A stretch of 64,000 nt of DNA from Lophium mytilinum (Eukaryota), in the NCBI GenBank assembly GCA_010093605.1, contig MU004198.1:64726-128725 (forward strand). The letters run 5' to 3'. Position numbers and translations under genes: made by a program. The notes beneath the pieces were generated by a model. It had not been told where the DNA came from and did no database searches. It was given only the letters and a program-made list of their open reading frames with translations. Positions 23,022 to 36,599 of the stretch are shown piece by piece; position 1 is the first letter of the stretch, and each line of letters begins with the position of its first letter.

Positions 23022-25089
23022 CTAGAAAACTTTCGGGCCCTCCGAGTCATGCTTTGGATCGCCGCTCGTCACGCTCTCCTCATCGTAATTATCCAAATCG
23101 CTATCCTGGTCATAGGCGACCCTCATGTTGCGGATCTCATCACCAACCTCGAGCCACGTCTCGCTACACGCCGGGATGGGGAAGAACTTGCACAACAGCC
23201 AGTAGGCGACGCTCGCAACGATGAAGCCGCCGAAGAAATTGAGATTGTAGATATACGTCGCGCCGACAGGAACCTTGCGGCCGACGGCACCGGCAAACCC
23301 GACTACGTTGATAAGGATTCCAGCAATGTAGGCAGCATATCCGCGCCAGTGGATGCCGAGGGTGTAGTAGTAGGGATCGGTCTTCTTGCCGGAGTAGAGC
23401 TGCTTGACCTCCAGGTAGCCCTTGCGGACGACGTAGTAGTCGCAGCAGATAACACCAGCGATGGAGGAGAGAAAGACAGAGTAGGAAGAGAGGTAAGTGG
23501 TGAAGGAGTTTGAGGACTTGAGCAGGCTCCAAGGGCACATGACGAGACCAACAAGGGCGCAGATGTAGCCGCCACGACGAATGTTGAGGTAGCGGGGAAG
23601 TAAGGCGGTCATGTCGGTACCAGCAGAGACGGAGTTGGCGGCGATATTGGCGCCAAGTTGGGCGAGGGTGAAGGCGGCGGCAATGATGAAGACACCGAAG
23701 CGTTGGCCGGATCCGCCTTCTTGGAGGAACTTCTCAAGCAGATCCAGGGGGTTCCAGATTGGTGCGCCTCCGAAGATGACGGTAGAGGAGGATCCCACGA
23801 TAATGCCAATGAAGGAGGTCACGGCGAAACCAATGGGGATGGTGATGAGCTGCGACCAGAAGGCATCCCTGGGTTTGCGGGCGAAACGAGCGAAATCGGG
23901 GTCGTTGACAATGAGAGTGGCGAAGTTGGCGATGGCATTCATGATTCCCTTAACCATTTGCCATCCAAGCTCGCTGCCGTGAATAATGCTGCCCTGGTGA
24001 ACAATTGGACCAATGCCCTTGGCACGAACAATAGCCCAGATAAAGAAAGCAAAGCCAGCCACCGGGACGAAGAAGGCCTTGACGGTGAACAGATGCCTGA
24101 TCTTTTCGACTGGAAACCAAATGGCGGGCAAGCTGCCAGCCCAGAAGAGAAGGAAGCTAACGAACATGACTGTGTTAGTGCCGGAGGCGGGGATGCCGTT
24201 ATGGATGTTGTCCTGATAGCAACATTAGCACTAAGATCGGATGATCTGGCAAGGGGTTTCTTACGGGTCTCCAGCTGTTCCAGATAGCGCGAATCATCAG
24301 ATACACACAGTTGCCACCGATCCAAGACTGCACGCCATACCAGATACAAGCCATCGCAGCACGGTTGAAGATGGGCCATAGAGCACCCCAGATACCGAAG
24401 GACGATCGAGCGATGACAGGGAAACTGATGTGGTAGATGGCACCAATACGACCGGTGAGGCAGATGAAGCAAGCGGCGATAGCATAACCAAGCCAGACAC
24501 AGATCCATGACTGCCACCACGAAAGACCAGCCACGATCATGGACGAGGATATCATCCAGGTGTTGATGTTGAAGGAATCGGCTATCAAGAGATTAGCTCG
24601 GCTCTCAATGCACTAGGAGATGTGATGTCACAAACCGATCCAGAAGCCCACGAAGTTCCAGGCTCCCCATTGACGACGCTCGGGTTCAACAGGCTTCAGG
24701 TCGTGGTTGAACAGCATGAGCTGGGCATTGGAGAGGCCGGGCTCGCTTTCGACCGCGATTCTATCGAGGAAGTGGCCGACTTTGGAGGTTCGGACTTTTT
24801 CCATGATGAAGTCGATAACGGAGTCTTCGTCGGAGGGTGCAAAGCGTGGTGCTGGACGAGGTGATCGAGAGGACGAGGCCTCTGAATAGATGTACGCATT
24901 GCTGTGACGTGGGGAAGATATGGACGACGACGGGCTGCCGAGCAGCGCCTGGCGCTCATGACGATCCGTGGTACCTGCAGATAGTGCTTCAGGACCCTGG
25001 TCAGAGTCGACTGAAGCCAAACTTGGAGGACGGGGTGGATAGTCCGCAAGTGCGATATTAAGTTCCTTATCGGGGGGAGGGAGTGGCAT
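23022..25089 (-). CDS. NCS1 nucleobase permease (Fur4/Dal4 uracil-allantoin family), 3 exons
   Basis: [47 protein letters not shown] and [12 protein letters not shown]; many TM helices. Confidence 0.93.
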
Positions 25090-28000
25090 GCTATATAGTC
25101 GTGGGCAGCACCACTCACACCCAGGGTTCGTAGGGCTGTTCACCCCTGCGGATTTGCTCGGATCAGGCCGATTATGGGCCTCTACCACGGTGGTGGACAG
25201 CCTTATCGTGTTCTGGTGGGCAGCTTATCGTGTCCAGCTGGTCGTTATCAGCGGCGTAGGGACGTCAGGTTTCTCGGTTCTGCTACAGGGCGTGGCAGGC
25301 AGTGCCATTAGGCTCAATCCGCTGAGGCTGTTCGGACCTTGCGAGTGCCGCGGGCAGCGCTATCAAGTAGCTGCGTGACGGCGAGTCTGGTGTCCTCAGC
25401 ATGTGTGATGGAGCCACGCGAACTGGTTGACCATGGAGGCCAACAATAGGCGGGTGATGAGCGGCGTGGTGCTCTTGGCTGCCGGCTGGCTCGTCTCCGC
25501 AACGCCTATCCAGCTTTTTCATGCCGTGGAGATCTCCAGATAGCTATTCTAGTTGACTCGATAGGAACTACTAAATTACAGCAGTCGAACTTCCCTATCT
25601 GTCGGTGTCGCATGCACCGGCCATAGGGTTGCATTTCGCAAAATCCTTCGCGCTGAGACAGTTGGCCCTATCGCAAATCGGGTATGGTGTGGTCTGGTAG
25701 GTCAGCCGCTGAGGATAAGGTGTGGGGAAGCGGGAGCGGCTTAAGGATTGCTCGATGAGATCGAGTAACAGCTCGCCGGGGAGAGAGATAAAAGGGCCAT
25801 AGTTAGCGTTGATATCTCGCATAGATGTCCGCGAATCGAGTGCTGTCCGTTTAACAGGGACCCCGCTGTCAGCCTCAACAACATCTCCACGTACCTGCTT
25901 CCCCATCTTCTCCAACCACCATCGCATGTCCACCCGACCAGATCTTGCAGGTCAGCCTGTACATCCCACTTCCATCTGTCAGTCCGAACCGCCAGATTTC
26001 ATGCCCCTTTGAGGTCTCGTGGCGCCAACGTCGCTTCGCACGTTCAACGCTGCTGCTTTGCTTCTCTGTCCCGTCCGGGTCCTCGCTATCGCCCTCTGCA
26101 TCGCTTCCGCGATCCCGATTTTCTGCAGCGTCTCTTATCAATTCCAAGACTGTCCAGTATTCGATACGCCTTAGAGAAGCAATGTGGGTATTGGAATCTC
26201 GATATTTTACTTTTTCTCTCTGCTTCCAGGAATGCTCCAGTTCACCGGCGCGCAGCTGGAATGGCCGCTGCACGATCAGCAACTCCTGACTGGCTGGCTT
26301 GAGTTTTCCTCCTCGTGCAACTCAACGTGCTTCTTCAACCGCAGGGGCTGTCTAGCCGGTTGATCATGTCGAGCCCGAGGGACCAAGAAAACAGCCCGAG
26401 ACGCGACGTCACAAGGTCGACCTGTTCTTATTCTCGCGTGCGTTAATACAGCTGTAGTTGACCTCGTGCAGTATCGTCTCCGCCATGAAGGGAGGTCAAG
26501 ACACGTGGCCTATATCAGACCGAATTTCAGAAGTCTATCGCGAAACAAGGCGCTCCCAGGTATCTCCAGACCTTGTTCGATTGCAAATGAAAACATGACT
26601 AGGAGATTGCAAGACTTCGCGATGTTGATTGGAAGATCGAAGAATGGAAATAACAATGAGTACCGTGCTAGGAACTCCGCTTGCTTGTAATGAACTAGCG
26701 CCGTAATTTCCAGACCTCCTTTACTCCTGGCCTACTAGTGCATTTCCACCTCAGCGCAAACTGCGCAACTTGTAAGTTCACCTACAACACTAGCCCTCGC
26801 GATAAAAACTTGTGTTTCAGTGCCTACTCGTCCCTCTGTGAAGAAGTATGAACTTTCTGGAGGAGAGATACAGAAAGTTGTCTCCCCAGTCAACCATAAA
26901 GCCTACGACGCGTGTTTTCGTTGCCAGCACTATTCCCAGTACTTTATTCGAAATCGTTGCTACCGGCGTTGTTGAAAGGTGCTGGTGACATGGCAAGTCC
27001 TGGCATAGTGCTATCTCCCTTAGGGACTTGTAGCTGTGCCGGAGTCTCTGACGTTGTACGGCGCACCTTCTCTCCGAATGGTATGGGGGCCAGCGACATG
27101 GACGAACAGGTAATGGCTTGCAAATCTCCCTGTTGGCTTGCTTTTTGCTACATGAACTTCACTCCCTCATTTCGCTGCGTCATGGCTCTTGCTAAGAGGA
27201 AGCCAATGCGACCGGATTCATGATTCGAGCGACTTCGACAATGAGAAAGGAGCGACGCGAGATATTGCGGAGGCGAAAAACTATGCGGAAACGGATCTTA
27301 GGGAGCTGGAGTAGGCCAGTATGTCCATGTTCGTGATCGAGTCTACAAAAGTTGTGATGAGAAACTTGACTTCCGAGCCAACAACCCTGCTCACACGATG
27401 ATGCAAATCATCTCTATCTTCGTCATAGTTCCTACCGACAGTCTGATCAGGTAAACTCGGACTCGACGTCAATGCCGAAAGCTTGGTCAACCTTAATGGA
27501 AATGAGGAAGGTTTGCGGCTGGGGATCCCAGCAAAAGAGCATGAGAAAAGCAAAAAACAACTTGTCTGATGGTATTGTTTTCCGAGAATGGACCCACTAG
27601 GAGTCGAACTCATGTTAAACCTGGGTGCCATCGGCGGTATACTCGAGGGACTTTGTGGGTGTTTTTGTGCGCAGTACAGCTGAATATCACACTGTACTAC
27701 TCCCAGGTTTATTCCTTAACGACTAAAATAAACCAAAACATATATGCAAGCTGGAGCGTCACTTAAATACAGAAAGCTACCGCGCAGGATGTGTTAAGGA
27801 AAGTTGGGGAGCTGTTGCAATGAAGCGGGCGACGAGGGAGTATGCTGGAAGCATATTCTAAAGGTGATGCAACCGCCAACCGCGCACCGCGGATTTTTTT
27901 TGCTCAACGATTCTCCTGCTTGATGTGCTACTCGTCTCGGTATAGATCCAGAGAAAATGTAAGTTTCGTCAAGCCAGAAAAGGCTCTCATTCCTCAGGCC

Positions 28001-28311
28001 AAGATTCGAGCTTGCTGTTGCAGCTTGGGCTTGATCGGCTTTCTCCACAGGGCACCCCCGTGCTTTTCGCCTATAAACAAGAGCAGGAATGAACTCTTAA
28101 TGCATCTGGAGATGGTAGGAGCCACTCCAAGTTCTTGACTTTGAGGTCAGTGTAGGTATATTTTACCTTTTTGTCACCTTGCCGTTTCCGTCTTAGCGCG
28201 GGTTTTCGACGTCACGTCAACTGACATCGTGAGCCTCTCGCGTCCTGATCCTTTCCATCTCACCTCACCTCTCATCCCAGCTCACTTCAAACTTCCGCAT
28301 TGAAGGCCGCA

Positions 28312-29016
28312 ATGGCGTCCGAGCCTCACGCCGTCGACCTAGTGGTCGGTGTCCTCAAATGCATGAAGGACAGCAGTGTCCTTACGCTCATCGCATCCGT
28401 CTGCCGCGAAGATGAAAACACTCTCGAACTCATCGCGCAAAAGCTCCAAAACACCCCGTGTGTAGTAGCACAGGCCGATCACTCAACAGTCAAGGCTGAG
28501 CCAGGAGAATCAAAGAATGGTGTCAAGCTAGAGCCGACCGAATCGAAAGCCAACGACTATGATGACGCAACGGGAGCTGGCAGACGTAAACGCAAGCGGA
28601 TGGACTACAACAAACTTCGCTATCAGACCTGCAAAGAATGCGGCAAGCAGTTTGACATTACGAAGAACAATGACGAGGCCTGTGTCTGGCATTATGGTAC
28701 GACGTCTTACTTTGCGTTTAGTAACATCCTTACGGTTTCCAATGCTGACGCCCAGCCAGGGTTGATGACACCAATCTTTACGTTTGCTGAGCGGAAGGAA
28801 GGTGAAAGTTTGGACGACTATGACACCTTCATCGGCAAAACACGTGTGTATGAGTCCAGTGAAGACGAATCCTTGGAGGCGAGGACACTCGAGAGGCACC
28901 AGTTTGAGGCAGACATGATCAAGAAACATCCAGAGGTGTTCCGGTACAGCTGCTGTTACGGACGTCCGTTGTCCAGAGGATGTAGAAAGCAGCTGCATGT
29001 GGTCAAAGAGCTGTAG
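28312..29016 (+). CDS. Fungal hypothetical protein with a Cys/His zinc-binding-like motif
   Basis: CKEC...CVWH and YSCC...GC...H; RKRKR possible NLS; likely in-frame 63-nt intron at 28697-28759. Confidence 0.75.
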   Translation: MASEPHAVDLVVGVLKCMKDSSVLTLIASVCREDENTLELIAQKLQNTPCVVAQADHSTVKAEPGESKNGVKLEPTESKANDYDDATGAGRRKRKRMDYNKLRYQTCKECGKQFDITKNNDEACVWHYGTTSYFAFSNILTVSNADAQPGLMTPIFTFAERKEGESLDDYDTFIGKTRVYESSEDESLEARTLERHQFEADMIKKHPEVFRYSCCYGRPLSRGCRKQLHVVKEL

Positions 29017-29299
29017 CCTATGCGGAGACATCTTTGCCCCTCGAGACGACAGTGTTTGTGATGTAACGGCTATACATGTATGGGGAAGTGGCAGCAGGCT
29101 CCGGAAATGTGATTCGGGGGATATATCATACGCAGGAATAGTACATAGGCACAATCTGTGAGCCATCTTCGGCCTACTGCCAAAATCAATCGCATAACCT
29201 GCGACTTACAAAGCCGCCAACTTCAAAGCTTAATTGCAGTGTTTCTTTCTCGTGCTTCGTGATTTGTCTTTACGTCAACTCTCCCGCCGTGACTCTGTC

Positions 29300-30600
29300 T
29301 CTCGCTGCCCGGCTCGCCTGCCTTTGTGATACATCCCTAGTCATCTTGCCTAAGCCTACAAGCATAATCTCTTCACTAGCTCATCGTGAAGTATATCTAG
29401 CATTCGCACTCTTGAAGAGCGGAGCACCGATAAGGCCTCCTTTATCATAGGTCCTGCAGTCATAGCTGAGCCACTTGGTGATATGGTAGCCAGAAATCTG
29501 CCGGAAATCTGTCTCAGTCAAAGCGACCATTTCAGTAAAGTACTAATTGAGAGAATAAAGTATCACGTATGTGGCCATTCTCATAAGGTGACGGGGCGTA
29601 GATCTAGCAAGAGAAGCTGCCATGTGTCTAATCAATGGGCTTGATACGGACAGTCAGCTTAGTAGGCCAGAAGTGCATAGCGGCATTGAAAATAAGGCTA
29701 GTGGGTGTGAGAACAAAAGAGGTGCGAAGGCAAGACTGATTGAAACCTTGATTTAGCTCTACTAAAGAGTGAGTAGCATCAGAGGCACGGCCGCCCCATA
29801 AAGTCACGTGGCGATATGCTGTCCTCTAGCGATCATAAAGAGATATTCTCCTATGTATTAACTTTGCGCTAGTATGTCCTACAGTAACAGTACTAGACCA
29901 TAGGTCTGAGCACACGAGTTGTCACTGTTTTGGTCCAATCATGCTCAGCTACTTAGGCAGTGAATTAAGCAACTGTCTGATATGCAAGACCTGGAACCTG
30001 CCACCGCGCCTAGATGTTCAAAAACTTTTGGGGGTGCGCCAAGCAGTATCCAGAGGGTGCGCATACATTTCTAACTTGTTACTGTATGAAGCTACTTAGA
30101 ATGTACAGAAGTAGGACTATTACTATGTGTCCGGTGGACGAAAGTCTGGATCTGAGCTACCAAAAATGACTAGAGAACAATCTCAAATGTTGGAATCGGT
30201 CTCTCTTCAGCAGGAAGAGTGCTACCATACTCTCGGAATAGAACGATTGTACTCCGGAACGAGACGTACGATTGGTGCTAACACTCCGGTGAATAAAGTG
30301 GGGTTGCTCTTATCTGATCCGCTTCTTGCATTTGGGGATCTGCGCCTTTTCCCACGCCAGTTCGAACAGATTTTTGAGTTCTTTACTTTCAGGCCTACGG
30401 AAATCCTACTCTAGCACCATTAATACTGTCCCACAGCAGCTTAAAGCTGATTTTTCGTAGTCTGATTGCCTTCAAAGCCAGCTCGCAACGATTCAAACGC
30501 AAAGGCAACTCCATGCTAAAGACGGATCTGATAACTCTATTTGCCTTAGTGGACAGGGGGTGAAACGGCTTTCGGGATGTCAACGTCGCGAACCTTGCTC
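29300..30600 (+). pseudogene. Degraded sequence, possibly a fungal transcription-factor relic
   Basis: TAG/CTA-rich; the fragment ESVSLQQEEC...RRTIG..VNKVGLLLSDP faintly resembles the fungal TF middle domain. Confidence 0.2.
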
Positions 30601-30806
30601 AATACAAGCTCGATCAGCTCTCCTAGCACGCAGGAACATCTAGCATTGCGTTAGCCTAGGCATCAGCTTGTAGCGCTTACAAACATGACGGCATTCCGGC
30701 CTTGATCATGTCCTTCCCGTCTCTCATATAACCGTCGTCCCTCCATCCAAGGTTCGTTCCATATCTTGAGCAAGCAGCTGGCTTTCCTGCCTACACTCCG
30801 ACCATC

Positions 30807-32379
30807 ATGGCTCCCCCTAAAGATGATAGTGTTTCCACGAACGATGCGGCTGTGCTTGAGATGGGACCAATGGCCGTGCCCGCTGAAACTGCCACTGTCA
30901 CTGCCACCACCAAAGAAAATGACTCCTTTCTCGTCACCTTCGACCTGCCGTTCGATGCCGAGAACCCGCTCGACTGGCCCACGAGTCGCAAATGGGCCGT
31001 AACTGATGTCCTCTCTGCTACCGGCTTTAATCGCATCATGGTGTCAACGATCATGGCACCGGCCTTGACAACTATCGCTAAGGAGCTAGACATGACCTCG
31101 GCGGAGTCGGCAATGGCCCTTTCGATCTACCTTCTAGCTACCGCTTTCGGCCCGCTATTTATTGGTCCACTTTCCGAGATCTATGGTCGACAGGTCATTC
31201 TCCACGGCTCTAGCGTGTGGTTCCTCGTTTGGAACATTGTCTGCGGCTTTGCGAAGACCAAAGAGGTGCTCATTGCCTCTCGCTTTCTTGCTGGCTTTGG
31301 TGCCAGCTCAATATATGCACTCGCTGGTGGAGTTCTTGGTGATGTGTGGCGACCTGAGCAAAGAGGACGTTCGCTCGGCATATATTTGCTAATCCCATTG
31401 CTCGGTGCAGCTGTTGGTAAGTTTGTCACTCAGAAATGAGGAAGCAAATCGGCTAACCTGCTATACAGGTCCTATTATCGGCGGCTTTATGGCAGCACGC
31501 ACAACCTGGCGTTGGATGTTCTGGTCCACCTCCATATTCCAGGTCGTCATGATCGTCGTATCACTTGCTACCTTCCGTGAGACATTTGGACCACTAATCC
31601 TCCGTCGTCGAGCTGAGCGCCTTCGTCGTGAGACTGGTGACCAGCGATACTACACGGCGAGTGAGTGGTTGGATAGCGGCAGGTCAACATTCAAGAAACT
31701 GGGTCGTGCTTTGAGCCGTCCGCTTCGTCTCCTAGCCTTCCATCCGATCATCCAGGTCGCAACTATCATCTCGGCTTTCAACTATGGCCTCCTGTACATC
31801 GTACTTTCCACTTTCTCCGACCTCTGGATCCAGTACTACCACCAATCCGTGGAAATCAGCGGCCTCCACTACCTCGCCATCGCCGGGGGCGAGGTTGCCG
31901 GCTCGCAGCTCGGCGGACCGCTGATGGACTTCCTCTACCGCCGTCGACAAGCCAAAAACGTCAATGCGAATCCGACGCCGGAGTTTCGTATCCCTCTCAT
32001 GTTCCCATGCGTTATTATCGCGCCGTTGGGAATGCTCTGGTACGGATGGATGGCGCAATACCGCCTACACTGGGCAGCTGTTGACACGGGCGTCTTCTTC
32101 TTCATGTTCGTGTCCCAAATAGGGGGCATGCCCTTGACCGCTTACATCATCGACTCATACCCAGACCATACGAGCAGTGCTATGGCGGCGACGCAGTTTG
32201 CTAAGAGTTTGACCGCATTCCTCTTTCCGCTATTTGCACCGCGCATGTATTCGGTGCTTGGATACGGGTGGGCTAACAGCACTCTTGCATTTACAGGCCT
32301 ACTACTAGGCATCCCTGCGCCAGTGTTGATGTGGAAGTTTGGCGCGAGATTGAGAGCCAAGGCAGCGTCGAGCTATTGA
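30807..32379 (+). CDS. MFS transporter, DHA1 multidrug family
   Basis: ENPLDWPTSRKW, GPLSEIYGR, GPIIGGF, WRWMFW and PEFRIP; intron at 31417-31468. Confidence 0.93.
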
Positions 32380-32716
32380 GCGAAAGTGCCATCATAAAGA
32401 AAGAGAAAATAACGAGGAGCACACAGCGATAAGGACAGCATCGTGGGGTGAGGGCGTGTGAGTGCCCCGAGCGCGCGTTTGTTATGATTACGATTTCCAG
32501 GGTCCAACCTTGAATGAGTCTATATATTCCTATCATTTTTACACACCTCTAATACTAACCAAACAGCATACAGATGTAGGCCATTCAGAAAACCCGTAAA
32601 AAATTGCGACCTTATAGCATAAGGCGCAGGGGGAGCTGAGCGGTCGAACTGTTTTGCCATTTTGAAGTTTGAGGTCTAATCCCGCATTATGTGTTTCTTT
32701 TTGATCCCATTCTGCT

Positions 32717-34765
32717 TCAGTAGATACTGAATACCTCTCCTGCGTCTCCGCTATCTCTTCTTTTGGCTCCCTCTCCTTTCATCAGCCCATGCACGTAGCA
32801 CTCGCCTAAAAATCTGTATCCCTTTTCCGCGGGGCGAATAATATACGGCACTTTCCCGCCGAATAGGACTGCAATCAGGTCGCCCTCCTCTATCGCAGTG
32901 GGGCCAACACCCATCAGTCCATCGTCCATGACGAAAAACCGTCTCGCATACCCAGCATCAACATACTGGCTCTTGAACTGCTTCTCAAACTTCGAGATAC
33001 CTAAGAACGGCGCCAGCACATCCGCAGCCTGGTTCGCTATTCCCTCGTCATCATGCCAAATCGCCGCATCCCCACGAATCATCATCTTCAGCTGCTCATA
33101 CTGTTCTGCCATCTTCCCGTCGAGGGATGCCACCCAATTATCCCGCCACTTCCTCGCCCCATCCGCGTAAAGCTGCTCGTCGTACGTCGCATCTCCTTCT
33201 AGCAAATCCTCATGTACCAGCGCCGCAGTCTCCGCCAACGCAAGCCTATGCCGCTGACACGTCTCTGGCACAGGTGGAGGATTGGGGTTCAGTATCTGCC
33301 CATACCGGAACCACAGCATCATGGCCTGGTTGGTCGCGAAGTCAGCGTAGATGCTGTCTCTCCACTTCATGTCTTCCGGCGCTGCTCCCTTCCCTTGGCG
33401 GTTTACAGAGTCGAACAACACCCTCGCGCCGCACAGCGTCGTCCATAGCAGCGCTTTGATGAGCGGCTCCCTTTCGTACGGCGTCTTCGCATACTGTTGA
33501 GCAAGCTTCCACGCATCCCTGAACTGATCCAGCACGTGGTCCTCGTAAACGGGCTGATTCTCCGGGTCGAATGCTACGCTGCTGATGTATTTCACGACGC
33601 CACACCTCATTCCCTCAATCTTCAGCACCAGCTCCTCTCCTGCCACCCCATCGTCCGCCGCAAGCTTTAGCTCCCTTCCCCCTGCGGCGTCGAACCCCCT
33701 CGCTTCCGCTAGGATTGAAACCGGCGTGACACCGGATGCCTCCCAATCCGGCACCCAGCTCGGCCACTCCCCTACCTCCTCATCCCCCTCAAACGCAAAT
33801 GCGTTCGCGAGGACCTCCAACCCCCCCTCCTTCCTCACCACCGCCCTTGCCGCTTCTGCAAACACCACCTCCACAGCCTTCCCATAATCCACCCCTACAC
33901 ATCCCGTCTCCTCCTCCCTGAGCAGCCCAAGAAGCGCAAACACCCTATCCCGCCTCTCCGTCGCCTCCCTCCCCGCCCCTAGACGCAGTAGCCCATGCAA
34001 CCCCCTCTCCTTCAAAATCAGCGGATACGCGCGCAACAACGCATCCCGCCGCACCGGCGAGTCAGGCATGTTATGCAACCCTACGCTCTCCTTACACCAC
34101 TCCAACGCCCGTGCCAGCTCCTCCCAGTCAAAAACAGTGGTGTCCCACAGGATCAGCCGCGAGGACGCGAGGATGCATTCCTGCAAGATCCACATGCGGG
34201 AGAAGTACGGCAGCGCTAGTAGTGTGTTAAAAGCGGCCCAGTCTTCGCCATCTCTCTCCGGTAGACCTGCGGCGACGAGGTTGGCGGTGGTGGGCACGAC
34301 GTCCTCGGGCCATATCTTCCGCTCGGGTTCTCCGAGTAATTGGACCATGCGGAGAGCACGCGGTGCGGTGTGGGAGGGGTCGGGACCCAGCCACATGATT
34401 ACGCGGGAGGCGTGGGTGTAGATTGTGCCCATGAGCTGGACTTGGGAGCTGCGTTCGGAGATGTCGGTTTGGTTGATGCAGAGTTGGTCGATCCATAGGA
34501 CGCGGGGGTCGGCGCTGCGAAGGCGGTGGAGGACGTCGTGGAGGTTTTTGGTGATTGGGACGCTTTGTTCGTTGAGGTGGATGTGGTAGATTGAGGAAGG
34601 GGGGCCCCAGACGTAGGAGAGGGCTTCGTAGGGTAGGCATGAAGTGGAAGGGGGAAGAGGGTGGGTTGACAGGGTAGCTGAGATATGGGAGGTTTGGGTA
34701 GTCAAGGGATGGAGTATTAGGAGGCGGAAAGCGTTAGGGGGGAGAGGTTGGTACGGAGTAGACAT
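32717..34765 (-). CDS. HET-domain (HET-6-like) protein, 682 aa
   Basis: YEALSYVWG, LWIDQLCINQ, QVQLMGTIY, YFSRMWILQE, PSWVPDW and GECYVHGLMKGE. Confidence 0.93.
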   Translation of the reverse strand: MSTPYQPLPPNAFRLLILHPLTTQTSHISATLSTHPLPPSTSCLPYEALSYVWGPPSSIYHIHLNEQSVPITKNLHDVLHRLRSADPRVLWIDQLCINQTDISERSSQVQLMGTIYTHASRVIMWLGPDPSHTAPRALRMVQLLGEPERKIWPEDVVPTTANLVAAGLPERDGEDWAAFNTLLALPYFSRMWILQECILASSRLILWDTTVFDWEELARALEWCKESVGLHNMPDSPVRRDALLRAYPLILKERGLHGLLRLGAGREATERRDRVFALLGLLREEETGCVGVDYGKAVEVVFAEAARAVVRKEGGLEVLANAFAFEGDEEVGEWPSWVPDWEASGVTPVSILAEARGFDAAGGRELKLAADDGVAGEELVLKIEGMRCGVVKYISSVAFDPENQPVYEDHVLDQFRDAWKLAQQYAKTPYEREPLIKALLWTTLCGARVLFDSVNRQGKGAAPEDMKWRDSIYADFATNQAMMLWFRYGQILNPNPPPVPETCQRHRLALAETAALVHEDLLEGDATYDEQLYADGARKWRDNWVASLDGKMAEQYEQLKMMIRGDAAIWHDDEGIANQAADVLAPFLGISKFEKQFKSQYVDAGYARRFFVMDDGLMGVGPTAIEEGDLIAVLFGGKVPYIIRPAEKGYRFLGECYVHGLMKGEGAKRRDSGDAGEVFSIY

Positions 34766-35558
34766 TCTGGGAGTGGTGTCTTGTATGTTGGCAAGATAAG
34801 ATGGATTGAAAAGATGTGTGAAGAGAGAAAAATTCAGCTATGTTGTTAAGAGGCATTGAGGTTTGATATAAAATGCCAATAGCAGAAGCATGATGACGTC
34901 GGACTGCAGGAACGGCGCCTAGATGGCTGAGAGCTAGGCGGGAGTAGTTGCAGCCCTGAAGACACCTTTGAGCAGGAGATGTATTGATCTCGACTCAACG
35001 TGTCTTTGTTTCTAGGCACAATAGTGTCAACTTTAGCATATTACAAACACCCTCGAAGCGCCCTTGGACCCTTAAGATATAGACAATATCCTTATCCCCA
35101 TCGAGGTTATAGACCGAGGCGAGATTCACGTGCCCCGCGTAGAAAACCCAAATCGGAATTCCAATAAGCGTCCTATTGCTCTTGACGCGAGGATTTGAAG
35201 GGGTGTGTAATGGGAGCCAGCGAGCACGCCTTGGGATTCAGGGGGCTTGTCAGGCTTGTCGCTTTTGGTTTAGCATGAAGCTGGGACCGCACCTCTCCAG
35301 AACTCTCACCTCACCAGACTCACAGACATGAACGCCAACGGTCGTCATTCCGGAGTGCCCAAGGATGCTTTGAGTATATCATTAGATTGTACACCAGTGC
35401 CCAATATCGGCCGTGCCACTCTTGCCTGCTTGATATCACTTCCGAGGTGGCCTCATCAGACTCTGTTTTCACAAAGCCAGCAAACACTGGCCTGAGTCTT
35501 ATCTCAGCGACCTTCACACTGCATCCAATCATTGCAAGGTACTAGAATACATCAATCA

Positions 35559-36383
35559 ATGGCGAGCGAGATCAGGCAGGCTTATGATGACAGGAGTTTT
35601 CTTCTCGCAATGGAAGGCAAGAAAAACTTTCTGAACCTCCCCAGAGAGCTTCGCGACCTTATCTACGAGCACGCACTCCAGGCACCAGGAGCGATTATTA
35701 TATACACGAAACCCCACCAGCTCCTGGGGTTCGTTCTGGCGGCGAAGAACATTCGAGAGAAGAACGTCGGACCGCCTGAACCAGTGCCTCTTGAATCAGT
35801 CCTATCTTTAGGCTTGATGCGAACATGCCGCCAATTGCACGCAGAGTGTAGTCCAATCTTATATGGAAACAACACCTTCCGGCTTTATACACCAGAAGGC
35901 GATTTTGCTGCCGCACGCTATGCCCGTCTAGTCCGCCATGTTACGCTTGGAAGCAGTATCAATGCCCGGAAGGCCTTGGTTGAACCCGCCAACGGAGGTG
36001 TTCACTGGGAAAGATTCTGGCCGAGCGTCCTTTGGGGCTGTCAAAGGTTGCTGAACGTGTTTCCGAATCTGCAAGACATGACGTTTCTTCTACATGCCAG
36101 TAGCGCTGATGGTCTCGTCTACCGACCTTACTTCATCGACTTCGGGAATCCAGACCGCGCCGGGCGTATCGCAGCGACAGCCGCTTGGTTTAAGGAAAGA
36201 TGCTCGTTCGGAACTGAGAATCTGCGGTGCTGCTTGCATCTGCAGCTCGCCCCTCCCCCGCCACGCACTGCGCGCACCGAAGCTTTGTCATCTTCCGACC
36301 ACGAACCGTGGGACATCTCCGAGTTTTACGAGGCGTTTGAATTGATGAAGACACAATCAACGAGCTTACAAATTGAATCCTGA
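35559..36383 (+). CDS. F-box-like fungal hypothetical protein
   Basis: FLNLPRELRDLIYEHAL...LMRTCRQLHAECSPILYGNNTF; start position uncertain. Confidence 0.8.
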   Translation: MASEIRQAYDDRSFLLAMEGKKNFLNLPRELRDLIYEHALQAPGAIIIYTKPHQLLGFVLAAKNIREKNVGPPEPVPLESVLSLGLMRTCRQLHAECSPILYGNNTFRLYTPEGDFAAARYARLVRHVTLGSSINARKALVEPANGGVHWERFWPSVLWGCQRLLNVFPNLQDMTFLLHASSADGLVYRPYFIDFGNPDRAGRIAATAAWFKERCSFGTENLRCCLHLQLAPPPPRTARTEALSSSDHEPWDISEFYEAFELMKTQSTSLQIES

Positions 36384-36599
36384 GGCCATGCAAGATGCCT
36401 ATCTATGGCGTGATTCAATTGGTGGCCTGGTGGCTGTGTTTATTAGCGCTGCTGCGCCTGCATGCTATTATATGTAGGCAGGATGGTTACCTCGCGCAGC
36501 ATCCTTCTAATATATCAGTCTCTGCTTCCAAATCGGTCGCTCCATATTATCATCGTTGACGCCTCCAAGTTTAGTCAGAAAACGTCAACGTCACGTGAC

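Noticed and set aside
25500..28200. Short ORFs in the long intergenic region
   Set aside because: No recognisable domains or consistent exon structure; may include decayed sequence but cannot be supported.
32717..34765. HET-domain gene as part of the amyloid signalling system
   Set aside because: It is about 25 kb away, separated by housekeeping genes, and has no amyloid motif; HET genes are common in these fungi.
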